DNA of 64,000 bases from an uncultured Candidatus Saccharibacteria bacterium. Lineage in GTDB: Bacteria; Patescibacteriota; UBA1384; DTJR01. Shown here piece by piece: positions 1 to 9,467 of this stretch; position 1 is the stretch's first letter, and each line of letters begins with the position of its first letter. A program made the position numbers and the translations under genes. The stretch spans positions 2,978-66,977 of the forward strand of contig CAZOJE010000002.1 of the NCBI GenBank assembly GCA_964580065.1, in the 5' to 3' direction. The notes beneath the pieces are model-generated. The model ran no database searches. It had not been told where the DNA came from and saw nothing but the letters and a program-made list of their open reading frames with translations.

Positions 1-1
1 T

Positions 2-1252
2 AGTAACATTTCGCTCGACTATATTTACGTCGGACGCCATAGCATTAAAAAAGCCGGCAAAACAGTCGTAGTCTATCAACCCACTCCAGTTAAAATCGAG
101 AAGGAAGAGAAAATTGCTCGAGCCAAATTGATCTTCGATGCTTATCAGAGCTATCTCAAGAGAAATCCTTCGGTAGAAGAGTTTACTAACTGGTACATCT
201 ACGGCGGACACATGCCAGAAGGAACGGATAAATATCCATGGCAAGACACTTTAAAGGCGGAAAATTCAAAAGTTCGACTTGGCTGGTTGCAGAGAAACCT
301 AACTGGAAAAGGCAATGGCTCCGTACCCGATGGTGGTAAATCACTGATTGAATATGGTTTTTGCTCATGGTGTTCTAACTCCCAATGGAAAACGGCGGTA
401 GCTAAATTGAAATTTGCTTATGGAAACCAGAAAGAATATAAGTGCATTAAATCTGGTAAAGCGGCAGAAGATTGTCCGACGAGACCAACCGATATAATGC
501 AATACAATCCGCTTACAGAAGAATATCTCGATGGTGACACTGGCGGAACCGACAGTAACGAATACAAATACATCAAAGAATTCCTTGACTTGATTGAAAA
601 GATGTCACAAGAGGACCCGGGTGTTGACGAAATAGTTGATGCGTTTATTAAAAACCACGTCGGCTATACCGGATCGATAACACCGACAGCGTCGGCAACG
701 GCTAGCGAATCGGCTGACGGCACTAGTGTGACGTTCCCGAAGGGCTTTAGTACCTATGTCGTACCTTCGACGCTTAGCGGGGTCAATCCAGTTGAGTTTA
801 CTAACAAAGGATTAGATCTGTTCCAGTATGACTCGACTTCTGCCAATAAATGGATTTCGACGGCCTTGGGTGATGAAATTGAAGTATTAAGAAAGGGTGT
901 CGGATATTATATCTATAACCCCGGCACGGCTGTAACGGTTTCGATTAAACAATCGACCGTTGTCGATACCTCTCAAGCCAAGCCGACGCTCAAAAAGGGC
1001 TGGAATTTAGTCGGAAACAGTTTGGGTAAGGATATGAATCTTGGCGAAATAACACATGAAATAGTTGCGGGCGAAAGTAAAACCCTTTCGGCGATGGGTA
1101 AAGAAAATCACATTTACAGTAAGATTTATCTTATCAAGAACGGTTCAGCGACGACAGCTTCAGAAGCGTTTTCGGTGCTTAACCCATTAGCGTCTGACAT
1201 TAGTTCTCAAGTTGTCAGCTATCGCAAGGCGTATTGGGTCTACGTAAAATAA
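2..1252 (+). CDS. Large putative surface/secreted protein, C-terminal part (5'-truncated by the window)
   Basis: Reading frame is open from position 2, upstream of the track start at 128. It has a Thr/Ser/Ala linker (TPTASATASES) and a C-terminal beta-rich domain with GVGYYIY and LKKGWNLVG motifs typical of surface proteins. Confidence 0.6.
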   Translation, partial: SNISLDYIYVGRHSIKKAGKTVVVYQPTPVKIEKEEKIARAKLIFDAYQSYLKRNPSVEEFTNWYIYGGHMPEGTDKYPWQDTLKAENSKVRLGWLQRNLTGKGNGSVPDGGKSLIEYGFCSWCSNSQWKTAVAKLKFAYGNQKEYKCIKSGKAAEDCPTRPTDIMQYNPLTEEYLDGDTGGTDSNEYKYIKEFLDLIEKMSQEDPGVDEIVDAFIKNHVGYTGSITPTASATASESADGTSVTFPKGFSTYVVPSTLSGVNPVEFTNKGLDLFQYDSTSANKWISTALGDEIEVLRKGVGYYIYNPGTAVTVSIKQSTVVDTSQAKPTLKKGWNLVGNSLGKDMNLGEITHEIVAGESKTLSAMGKENHIYSKIYLIKNGSATTASEAFSVLNPLASDISSQVVSYRKAYWVYVK

Positions 1253-1253
1253 A

Positions 1254-2117
1254 ATGTCTGCGGATACGGCCGTAAAAGCGGTCAAAGAGGCCGAAAAGCT
1301 GTATCCGCGGCGCTTGGCGCCGCTCGAAAACCCGCCCAAAGTTCTTTATGGAAAAGGCGATCTATCGCTGTTAAATTGTCAAAAAAGTTTTGCGATTGTT
1401 GGCACAAGAAAGGCCTCGACTTATGCTCTGCAACAGGCCGGAAGAGCGGCTTATGAGCTGGCTGAATCGGGTTTTGTGATAATTTCGGGATTAGCACTAG
1501 GCATAGACTCCGAAGCGCACCGTGGGGCGCTTCAGGCAAAAGGAAAAACAATTGCTGTTTTGGGTAATGCGATCAATTCGATTTATCCGCCACAAAATGA
1601 ATCCTTAGCGGAAAAAATTATCAAAAATAACGGGCTGATTTTGTCAGAATATCCACCTGAAACGGTAACGCAAAAATACAATTTTCTTTATCGCAACAGG
1701 ATAATTGCTGGCTTAGGAGATTATTTGTTTGTGGTGGAAGCGCCCGAAAGATCGGGCGCTCTAGTCACGGCTGGTTTTGCCGCCGATTATGGTCGTGAAG
1801 TTTTTGCTTTGCCCGGAGACATTTCCCGCTGCCAATCAAAGGGTTCAAATAATTTGATTGCCTCTGGCGCGCAATGCGTTTGCTCGATTGATCGTCTGCT
1901 GGAAGCAGTCGGAGCAACGTCAAAGAAAATTAAAATATCGTCAGAGGACGAAAAAATTTTGTCAGCGATTGTCACAAATGCCGGCAATTTTGATAAAATA
2001 CTAACATGCCTGGCATTAAATTCAGCCGAGTTGAACGTTGAGTTAATGCGGTTAGAAATTGCAGGGCTTGTCAAAAAGGATAATTTAGGGAAATATATAG
2101 TGGTTAATTATGAGTAA
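1254..2117 (+). CDS. dprA: DNA-processing protein DprA
   Basis: AIVGTR, ISGLALGIDSEAHRGAL, RNRIIAGL and VEAPERSGALVTA motifs; lies upstream of topA. Confidence 0.97.
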   Translation: MSADTAVKAVKEAEKLYPRRLAPLENPPKVLYGKGDLSLLNCQKSFAIVGTRKASTYALQQAGRAAYELAESGFVIISGLALGIDSEAHRGALQAKGKTIAVLGNAINSIYPPQNESLAEKIIKNNGLILSEYPPETVTQKYNFLYRNRIIAGLGDYLFVVEAPERSGALVTAGFAADYGREVFALPGDISRCQSKGSNNLIASGAQCVCSIDRLLEAVGATSKKIKISSEDEKILSAIVTNAGNFDKILTCLALNSAELNVELMRLEIAGLVKKDNLGKYIVVNYE

Positions 2118-4095
2118 AAATTTAGTCATCGTTGAGTCTCCGGCAAAAGCCAAAACAATCAATGCCTATTTGGGCAATGATTTTGAAGTTACGGCCTCCT
2201 TTGGTCATGTAAGAGATTTGCCTAAAAGTGAAACGGGTATTGATGTTGAGAATAATTTTGAGCCGAAATATATTATCCCCGCTAAAGCAAAAAAAGTTGT
2301 GGCTGATTTGCGCAAAAAAGCTAAAAGTGCTAAAGAAATTTATTTAGCCACTGACCTTGATCGCGAAGGTGAGGCGATTGCTTGGCATATTGCCGAAGCG
2401 ATTGGACTTAATAAGGAAAAATCAAAAGATGAAACGGCTAAAGCCAAACGCATCACTTTTTCTGAAATTACCAAAGACGCTATTTTGGAAGCCGTCAAAA
2501 ATCCCCGCAAACTCGATGTTGATTTAATTGATGCCCAGCAAGCGCGCCGTGTCCTCGACCGTTTGGTTGGCTACAATTTGAGTCCTTTGCTTTGGAAAAA
2601 AGTCATGAAGGGTCTTTCGGCTGGAAGAGTGCAATCAGTCGCTCTTCGCTTAGTTGTGGAGCGCGAAAGAGAAATTGAAGCTTTCAAACCCGAAGAATAC
2701 TGGACGATTGTTGCCGAGCTTGAAAAAGACAAAATCAAATTCGAAGCTCGCTTATCGGAAATAGACGGCAAAAAAACTGATAAACTGGAAATTAAAAACG
2801 AAGAATCAGCCAAAGCGATCGAAAAAGAGCTTGAAAAAGGTAAATATATTGTTTCTAGCGTAGAAAATAAGAAAGAAACCCGCAATCCTTCCAGCCCTCA
2901 CACTACTTCTACTATGCAGCAAGAGGCAGCCAACAGCTTTGGTTTTTCGGCCAAACAGACAATGCGCTTAGCCCAAACTCTTTACGAACAGGGTTTCATC
3001 ACATATATGAGAACCGATTCAGTTAATATTTCGGCCTATGCTAAAGACAAAATTGCTAATTATATCCGCCAATCTTTTGGTGAAAAATACTTGGCCGAAG
3101 CTGGACGCGCCTATAAAACTAAAACTGCACGGGCACAAGAGGCGCACGAATGTATTCGCCCAACCGATGTTGCCAAAACACAGGAAAATTTACAAGGAAA
3201 ATTTGATGCTCAAAGCATAAAATTGTACGACATGATTTGGAGGCGAACTTTATCGTCGCAAATGGCTAAAGCCGAGCTAGATGTAGTTGAAGCCAAAATA
3301 GACAATTCCAAATATCGGTTTTCGGCTAGGGGACAGGCGATTGGTTTCGATGGTTGGCTTAAACTTTATCCCAGCCGTGTCAGCGTGATTGAATTGCCAA
3401 ATCTGGCCGTTAAAGATGAAACAAAATTAGTAGAGCTCAAAAGCGAAAAACACTTCACTGAACCGCCCGGGCGATATTCGGAAGCTACCCTCATTAAAGC
3501 GCTCGAAGAGAGGGGGATCGGCCGACCTTCAACTTACGCACCAACCATGTCAACCATTCAAGATCGCGGTTATGTCGCGAAAGAAAAAGGTAAACTAAAA
3601 CCGGAAAGAGTTGGTTTTATTGTCAATGACATTCTGGTGGCAAATTTTCCCGAAGTGATTGACTATAATTTCACGGCTAAAATGGAAGACGATTTAGATA
3701 AGGTTGCCGCCGGAGAATATAACTGGCGCAAATTAGTTGGCGATTTTTATGGTCCATTTAGCAAAAAAATTGACGAGGGAAAGGACAAAATTGAAAAAAC
3801 TTCTCTCGATGAAGAAACAGAAGAACCTTGTCCTGAATGTGGTAAAAAATTGGTTATAAAACAGTCGCGCAACGGCCGTTTTTACGGGTGTAGCGGTTTT
3901 CCAGAATGTCGTTTCACGAGGTCGTATATCGATGAAAAAACGCAAGCCAAAATCGACGAAGGACAAGATTTAATTAAAGGACGCACTTGCCCAAATTGTT
4001 CAAGCGAGCTTAAAATAGTTAACGGTAAATATGGTCCGTTCATCGGTTGCAGTAAGTATCCCGAGTGCAAATATATCGAAAAAATTAAAAAATAG
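2110..4095 (+). CDS. topA: DNA topoisomerase I
   Basis: LVIVESPAKAKTI, ATDLDREGEAI, SAGRVQS and ITYMRTDS motifs; two C-terminal C4 zinc ribbons. Confidence 0.98.
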   Translation: MSKNLVIVESPAKAKTINAYLGNDFEVTASFGHVRDLPKSETGIDVENNFEPKYIIPAKAKKVVADLRKKAKSAKEIYLATDLDREGEAIAWHIAEAIGLNKEKSKDETAKAKRITFSEITKDAILEAVKNPRKLDVDLIDAQQARRVLDRLVGYNLSPLLWKKVMKGLSAGRVQSVALRLVVEREREIEAFKPEEYWTIVAELEKDKIKFEARLSEIDGKKTDKLEIKNEESAKAIEKELEKGKYIVSSVENKKETRNPSSPHTTSTMQQEAANSFGFSAKQTMRLAQTLYEQGFITYMRTDSVNISAYAKDKIANYIRQSFGEKYLAEAGRAYKTKTARAQEAHECIRPTDVAKTQENLQGKFDAQSIKLYDMIWRRTLSSQMAKAELDVVEAKIDNSKYRFSARGQAIGFDGWLKLYPSRVSVIELPNLAVKDETKLVELKSEKHFTEPPGRYSEATLIKALEERGIGRPSTYAPTMSTIQDRGYVAKEKGKLKPERVGFIVNDILVANFPEVIDYNFTAKMEDDLDKVAAGEYNWRKLVGDFYGPFSKKIDEGKDKIEKTSLDEETEEPCPECGKKLVIKQSRNGRFYGCSGFPECRFTRSYIDEKTQAKIDEGQDLIKGRTCPNCSSELKIVNGKYGPFIGCSKYPECKYIEKIKK

Positions 4096-4180
4096 TTCTC
4101 CTTCAAGGTTTTTGGCGGTGACAAATAAGTAAAAATACGCTATTTTTATTGTGCAATTAATTTGTAAATAAAAAGTATCA

Positions 4181-4777
4181 ATGCTTCCAAAATCGATTAG
4201 TAACCTCATCGAAGAATTTTCCCGGCTTCCCGGAATCGGGCCGAAATCGGCTTCGCGAATTGTTTTTTATCTTCTTTCTCAACGAAAAGAAGATTTGGAG
4301 CGTTTGTCAAAATCTGTTGCTGATTTGAAGGAAAATTTAAAGGTTTGCTCGGACTGCTATAATTATGGCGAAACAGATCCTTGTGAAATTTGTTTAGATG
4401 AACAAAGAAATAAAACAATGGTTTGTGTCGTCGAAGAGCCGCTTGATGTCATTGTTTTGGATCGAGCTGGTTTTGATGGCCTTTTTCATGTTTTAGGTGG
4501 AGTAATTTCACCGATCAACGGCATTGGCCCTGATGATATCAGGATTAAAGAGCTAGTTGACAGAGTGAGGAAGGATTCTGATAAAATAAAAGAAATCATT
4601 CTGGCGACAAACCCATCGCTAGAGGGTGAGGCGACGGCTGTATATATTCAAGATCGTTTGCGTGATCTTGATGTCAAAGTGACTCGCTTGGCCCGCGGTT
4701 TGCCGGTTGGTGGTGATTTAGAGTACGCTGACGAGCTGACTTTATCAAGATCGCTCGATGGCCGAAAAGAATTTTAA
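4181..4777 (+). CDS. recR: Recombination mediator RecR
   Basis: LPGIGPKSA HhH motif, C4 zinc finger, and Toprim motifs (CVVEEP, ATNPSLEGEATA). Confidence 0.98.
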   Translation: MLPKSISNLIEEFSRLPGIGPKSASRIVFYLLSQRKEDLERLSKSVADLKENLKVCSDCYNYGETDPCEICLDEQRNKTMVCVVEEPLDVIVLDRAGFDGLFHVLGGVISPINGIGPDDIRIKELVDRVRKDSDKIKEIILATNPSLEGEATAVYIQDRLRDLDVKVTRLARGLPVGGDLEYADELTLSRSLDGRKEF

Positions 4778-4822
4778 ATCTAAAAGCTCGATTTGTGAGC
4801 AAAGCAAAGATAAAGGGGAAAA

Positions 4823-5095
4823 ATGGACAATAGCAATCAAAATATTGATGAGGTAAAAGCAGAAGCAAAATATTTTTGTTCAATTTGCGGATTTGAAGGC
4901 AATGATTTAATCTGTCCAGTCTGTGGCGAAAAAATGGAATCGCTCGAAACAGAGCTGGATAAAATTAAAGAACGTGAAGAATCGGACGATTTACTTGATG
5001 TTGAAAGCGATGAAATTAGCTTGGAACAAGAAGTCGAAAAAGAACACAAGGAGGCGGAAAAAGAGGCGAATGAGGAAGATACTGGAGATTTATAA
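4823..5095 (+). CDS. Small zinc-ribbon protein with a highly acidic C-terminus
   Basis: CSICG and CPVCG motifs, a D/E-rich tail, and an AAGGGG RBS upstream. Confidence 0.7.
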   Translation: MDNSNQNIDEVKAEAKYFCSICGFEGNDLICPVCGEKMESLETELDKIKEREESDDLLDVESDEISLEQEVEKEHKEAEKEANEEDTGDL

Positions 5096-6551
5096 CACAT
5101 TATCGAAAAAAATCGAAGAAGTTGAACCGCTCGAAGGTGATTTAATTCGAATTTATTCATGCGGCCCGACAGTTTATGATTATGCTCACATTGGCAACTT
5201 GCGAAAATATGTTTTTGATGATTTGCTGGTTCGCACCTTAAAAAATTTCGGTTATCAGGTAAAAAGAGTAATGAACATTACAGATGTTGGTCATCTGACT
5301 AGCGACTCTGATACCGGCGAAGACAAAATTGAAAAAGGGGCACGCCGCGAAGGCAAAACGGCTTGGGAAATTGCTAAATTTTACGAAAAGGCGTTTTTTG
5401 AAGATATCGAAAAGCTGAATATTATCGAACCGGATATTGTGGCCCGAGCTTCGGAACATATCGACGACCAAATTAATCTTATAAAAAAACTCGACGAGAA
5501 AGGTTTTGCCTACAAAATAGACGATGGAATCTATTTCGACACTTCGAAATTGGCTGATTATGGCAAATTAGCCCATTTAAATACTGAAGGCCAGATTGAA
5601 GGGGCGCGGGTAGAAGCGAACCAGCAAAAAAGAAACCCAACTGATTTTGCGCTGTGGAAATTTTCTTATCCGAGTGGACGGAAATTTGATTCGTCGCGTG
5701 ATGACGCAAAAGCTCGTCGCCAAATGGAATGGAATTCTCCTTGGGGATTAGGTTTTCCGGGTTGGCATTTAGAATGTTCGGCAATGAGCGTGAAGTATCT
5801 TGGCCAGCCGTTTGAAATTCACACCGGTGGTGTCGATCACATCAGTGTTCATCACACTAACGAAATCGCCCAATCGGAAGCGGCCGAAGACAAGTCTTTG
5901 GCCAAATATTGGGTTCATAGCGAATTTGTGCTTGAAAACGGTCACAAAATGGCCAAATCCGAAGGCCATTTTATTAGACTTTCCGATTTAGAGGCGAAAT
6001 CTTTTGATCCGCTGGATTTTCGTTATCTTTGCTTGGGGGCCCATTATCGCTCAAAACTTGATTTTAGTTACGATTCTTTAGCGGGCGCCCAATCGGCTAG
6101 GCAGAAAATTGTTAATTTTGCCCGAAAAATTGCTACTGACAAGCAGTCATCAGAAGAGGAAAAGGCATTTTTTGTTGATAAGGAAAATGCCTTTGAGCAG
6201 GCGTTAGCAAACGATTTGGACACGCCGCGCGCTTTGGCGATAATTTTTGAAACAATTTCTTCAGCTTACGAATCAGCGTATTTTGGCAAGTCAGCCGAAG
6301 AATTTTTAGAAAAAATTGATGGTTATCTCGGTTTGAATTTAATGGCGAAGATGTTCTTTTACGATTCCGTAAGATCAACCGCAGAATTGCCTGAAGAAAT
6401 TATTAAATTAGCGCAAAAAAGAAATCATTTGCGTCAAGTTGGCGATTTTGCCCAAGCCGACCAGTTAAAGCAGGAAATTATCGCTAAGGGATATCGATTA
6501 GAGGACTCACTTGATTACGTAACTATTGACAAATCTGCCATTTTGAAGTAG
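5070..6551 (+). CDS. cysS: Cysteine--tRNA ligase
   Basis: YSCGPTVY, HIGN, PGWHLECSAM and KMAKS motifs. Start moved to ATG 5070 (MRKILEIYNTLS), which matches the family N-terminus. Confidence 0.97.
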   Translation: MRKILEIYNTLSKKIEEVEPLEGDLIRIYSCGPTVYDYAHIGNLRKYVFDDLLVRTLKNFGYQVKRVMNITDVGHLTSDSDTGEDKIEKGARREGKTAWEIAKFYEKAFFEDIEKLNIIEPDIVARASEHIDDQINLIKKLDEKGFAYKIDDGIYFDTSKLADYGKLAHLNTEGQIEGARVEANQQKRNPTDFALWKFSYPSGRKFDSSRDDAKARRQMEWNSPWGLGFPGWHLECSAMSVKYLGQPFEIHTGGVDHISVHHTNEIAQSEAAEDKSLAKYWVHSEFVLENGHKMAKSEGHFIRLSDLEAKSFDPLDFRYLCLGAHYRSKLDFSYDSLAGAQSARQKIVNFARKIATDKQSSEEEKAFFVDKENAFEQALANDLDTPRALAIIFETISSAYESAYFGKSAEEFLEKIDGYLGLNLMAKMFFYDSVRSTAELPEEIIKLAQKRNHLRQVGDFAQADQLKQEIIAKGYRLEDSLDYVTIDKSAILK

Positions 6552-6568
6552 GGTTTGATGTTATAAAT

Positions 6569-6596
6569 AAGGAGAGGAGGGAACCCTCTTCTTTTT
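6569..6596 (+). terminator. Probable intrinsic terminator after cysS
   Basis: GGAGAGG/CCTCTTC stem followed by TTTTT. Confidence 0.55.
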
Positions 6597-6620
6597 ATAC
6601 GATTCACGGGCCCGATGAGC

Positions 6621-6634
6621 CAAAAGCAAATTAT
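6621..6634 (+). repeat. 14-bp direct repeat, copy 1 (CAAAAGCAAATTAT)
   Basis: Identical to 9383-9396. Confidence 0.75.
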
Positions 6635-6975
6635 AATTTGGTTTTAAGATGAATAGAATTCTGGCTGGGATTTGGGAGAGTTGTCCCGACTTGGATCGGG
6701 ACTATGCCCCTCCTTCTCACTTCCTGGCTAGAATCCTGCTCGTCTTAATCTAGGCGAAGCATGTAATTTGAAAATTGAAGCTTCGGACAATTAAGCGCGC
6801 AAAGCCCTATCATTTATAAAGATGACTAAATTTCTTCTTGGAATTACTAATTCCAAGCTATTTGGGGTCAAGGGCGTTTGTTCGTTTAGTTGTCCGAAGC
6901 TCGAAACTAAGGGGTAGATTAAAATCGCCCCGCACGCCGAAAAGGCGGAAAGCAAAAAGCCGCCAATTCGGCGGC
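6627..6975 (+). ncRNA. Putative large structured non-coding RNA or 5' leader, family unknown
   Basis: Hand-folded long hairpins at 6627/6644-6748/6770 and 6779-6901, with many G-T (G-U) pairs on the + strand. Short hairpins at 6911-6931, 6935-6947 and 6959-6975. No plausible + strand ORF. Confidence 0.55.
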
Positions 6976-6989
6976 AAGGAGTGGTTGAA

Positions 6990-8141
6990 GTGACGAAGTA
7001 TTTCGCCGTGGTCGTGCTCCTTGCTGTGGTTACGACATTTGTACCACAGCAGGCGATGGCGGGAGGGGTGTTTGAGCTCGTCTTTGGCTCCAAGTCGAAG
7101 ACGGTTCAGGCCTTTGCCCCCGGGGTCATTGGGGCTTTTTCGGCCCGTGATCCGAGAGACTTACACGAGGTCAGCTTTGACCTCGACGGCTCCGGCCGGC
7201 GGGTGGTGCTGGATACCGGCATCCCCGTTGAGAAGGGGCTAGTACTGGTGGGTATCCTTGCTGCCAGCACGGCGGCGAGAAACGCCCAAAAAGCCGTTCT
7301 ACGCCTAGATCTCGATCCGAAGGCTTTTGACGTTGTGCCAGGGCCGAGATCAGGCGAGGATCAAGAGGCGTGGTTGGCCTACGCAGTCACCTGCGCCAGA
7401 TACAAGGTTGGGGCAGGCGGGAGGGCCTTCAAGCCCTTCCAGACGGCGTCACCACCATTCGTATTCGTCGTCGATTCGAGTACGCTGCTGAACTCGGCGC
7501 ACTCGATCGACATTTATCTGGAGTGCGGGGGGACGGGAGCGTCGTTCTTACTGCCCTTCCGGGTTGTTCAGTTGGCTGATGAGACTGGACAACCGATCCA
7601 GAGCGAGTACCAAAAGCCGCTGCCGGCTGGTGCTTACTCTGGCGGAGCAGTTCCGCCCAGTCCCGCTGCTGGCGACTTTGCTGCGCAAGCGCTGGCAAGC
7701 GCCCCCTGGAAGGCGAGGATCAAGGAGGCGGCCGCCAAGCACGGCCTAAACCTGGATACCTCCTCCGAGAAGGACTTTAGGCTCGGCGGAACGTTTCGCT
7801 GGCCTAAGGATAAGGGCCCTTCTCCCTTCATCGTCATTTGCCTCGGCAAGGACGGCCTCCCCTTGCCGCAGGGGAAGATTTCCCTCCTTCTCATGGATAG
7901 AGACAAGATCAGGAGGGAGATCAAGGGAGATGTTATCGACGGAATGTTTGTTTCTTACGATGTTCCGTCGATCAAGCAGGTCGCGTTCCGGGTGAACGGG
8001 CAGATATTGTCCGTTAATATCGTTCCACCCGGGCACGACCCATACTTCGTATGGCAAACGCGTCCCCACGACAAGACGGTGGGGACGTATGTTGTACTCG
8101 TCCAAGACAAGGGCGAGTGGCGCATACCGCGATCTAACTAG
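6990..8141 (+). CDS. Secreted hypothetical protein, GC-rich
   Basis: AAGGAG RBS at 6976-6981 favours GTG 6990. Signal peptide ends in AMA-G. Two beta-rich regions are joined by a Pro/Ala linker. Confidence 0.75.
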   Translation: MTKYFAVVVLLAVVTTFVPQQAMAGGVFELVFGSKSKTVQAFAPGVIGAFSARDPRDLHEVSFDLDGSGRRVVLDTGIPVEKGLVLVGILAASTAARNAQKAVLRLDLDPKAFDVVPGPRSGEDQEAWLAYAVTCARYKVGAGGRAFKPFQTASPPFVFVVDSSTLLNSAHSIDIYLECGGTGASFLLPFRVVQLADETGQPIQSEYQKPLPAGAYSGGAVPPSPAAGDFAAQALASAPWKARIKEAAAKHGLNLDTSSEKDFRLGGTFRWPKDKGPSPFIVICLGKDGLPLPQGKISLLLMDRDKIRREIKGDVIDGMFVSYDVPSIKQVAFRVNGQILSVNIVPPGHDPYFVWQTRPHDKTVGTYVVLVQDKGEWRIPRSN

Positions 8142-8155
8142 AGGAGGTGCGCAAG

Positions 8156-9283
8156 ATGCGCACGAAGATTGTCGCATTGACATTTGTCGTGGCCATGGTT
8201 GCTTCGACCGCCATGGCAGATCGGCCGTCGTACGTTCGTGAGGTGAGGGTGGCCCTGACGCACGAAAGGGTCATCCAAGATCCTCGCTTCGCCGCTTTCG
8301 CTCGGCAGTTCGGCTTGTGCGAGAACGTCTTCACGAGTTTCCCGCACAAGCAGGCGAATCTCCCGTCGGAAACGACGGGAAAGTTTCGCTGGGGTGTCGA
8401 CGACTCCCAGGCCAAGGAGTGGGGAGCCGTTACACCGCAGGAGTCGGCCTGTTTCCCGGGGGTACTGTACGACCTCGGGAACGGCTGGTTCCTGCACGCC
8501 CAGCTAGGAGCACTGGGAAACGCTATCCTGTTCTACGGGCGTTTCCCGGGAGCGGGTCCAGCTGGTCCTGCCGGCCCACAGGGTCCTGCCGGTCCTCCTG
8601 GGCCTAAGGGCGATGTTGGTCCGATGGGTCCGGTTGGTCCTACCGGTGCTACTGGAGCTACTGGTCCGGCTGGTGCTCCTGGACCGGCGGGTCCCAAGGG
8701 CGACGCGGGCCTGCAGGGGGCTCCCGGCACGGACGGGGCCGATGGTGCTCCCGGGCCTAAGGGCGACAAGGGAGATACTGGCCCACAGGGTGTCCCCGGA
8801 GCTACGGGCGCTACGGGCGCCAAGGGTGATACGGGGCCTGCTGGTCCCCCTGGACCAGCCGTTGCCGCCGCGCCAGCACCGGCGCCGGCTCCTCCCGAGA
8901 AGCCCAAGAAAAAGCGGGAAGCGCCCTGTGTTTGGGAGCCGCAACCACTTGAGCGGCCGTGCCAGCCACTGGTACAGAAAATCGTCGTGGCTGGCATGCG
9001 CAATGACCGCCCCTTTGGAGTTGACGTTCACGGGGCGCAGCCAATCATCATCCAGCAACCCGGCCGGCCGGGCTTGCTGGACTATGTGGTGCCTCTTGGC
9101 GCGGCCTATCTCGGCCGGGCCGAAGGCAGCCGTTACTACTTGTCGGCCACCGGCGGTACGGCTGTCGCCACCGGTGGCCAGGGCGGATCGGCTTGCGTTG
9201 GGCCGATCACGAACGTGAGCAGCAACACAAACTCCAACGCAAATAGCAACTCTAACGCGTTGGCCGCTAGTGCCGGCAACTAG
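8156..9283 (+). CDS. Secreted collagen-like protein
   Basis: GAGGAGGT RBS then ATG 8156; signal peptide (AMA-D); 34 uninterrupted Gly-X-Y triplets; Asn/Ser-rich C-terminus. Confidence 0.88.
   Translation: MRTKIVALTFVVAMVASTAMADRPSYVREVRVALTHERVIQDPRFAAFARQFGLCENVFTSFPHKQANLPSETTGKFRWGVDDSQAKEWGAVTPQESACFPGVLYDLGNGWFLHAQLGALGNAILFYGRFPGAGPAGPAGPQGPAGPPGPKGDVGPMGPVGPTGATGATGPAGAPGPAGPKGDAGLQGAPGTDGADGAPGPKGDKGDTGPQGVPGATGATGAKGDTGPAGPPGPAVAAAPAPAPAPPEKPKKKREAPCVWEPQPLERPCQPLVQKIVVAGMRNDRPFGVDVHGAQPIIIQQPGRPGLLDYVVPLGAAYLGRAEGSRYYLSATGGTAVATGGQGGSACVGPITNVSSNTNSNANSNSNALAASAGN
8555..8860 (+). repeat. Collagen (Gly-X-Y)34 repeat
   Basis: Counted directly from the translation, GPA GPA GPQ through GPP GPA. 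Confidence 0.95.
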
Positions 9284-9302
9284 AGGCCAACGCATTCTCA
9301 TG

Positions 9303-9335
9303 GGGCGGCGGCGAGTGACAAGCTCGCCGCCGCCC
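9303..9335. terminator. Perfect 13-bp GC-rich hairpin after the collagen gene (terminator or stabiliser)
   Basis: GGGCGGCGGCGAG / CTCGCCGCCGCCC; no U-tract. Confidence 0.55.
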
Positions 9336-9370
9336 TACCGCACTGATTAATTTTCAGCAGAGATAAGCTC

Positions 9371-9399
9371 TTGAGAAATAATCAAAAGCAAATTATGGT
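9371..9399 (+). promoter_or_regulatory. Sigma70-type promoter containing direct-repeat copy 2 (9383-9396)
   Basis: TTGAGA-17 nt-TATGGT; includes CAAAAGCAAATTAT. Confidence 0.55.
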
Positions 9400-9467
9400 G
9401 AAAATTAGTTCGAGGGGAGCTCACACCTAGGTCGAAAATAAAGAGCCAAATGGCTCAAAGAGGTAAA

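Noticed and set aside
4923-5069. N-terminal extension of cysS given in the ORF track
   Set aside because: It is an alternative-frame read of the 4823-5095 gene; CysS homology begins at ATG 5070.
6627-6901. Integron attC sites, CRISPR repeats, SRP RNA, RNase P or T-box
   Set aside because: No RYYYAAC/GTTRRRY ends, no repeated units, and none of the conserved sequence signatures. 6S RNA cannot be fully excluded for hairpin 1 without a covariance search.
6791-7093. 100-aa minus-strand ORF over the structured region
   Set aside because: It overlaps the 6990 gene antisense and has no RBS or protein-like features; the hairpin pattern explains the region better.
8504-9301. Long antisense and alternative-frame ORFs over the collagen gene, including an antisense Gly-Pro repeat
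   Set aside because: Shadow ORFs expected from GC-rich GGN-CCN codon repeats; no RBS or signal peptide.
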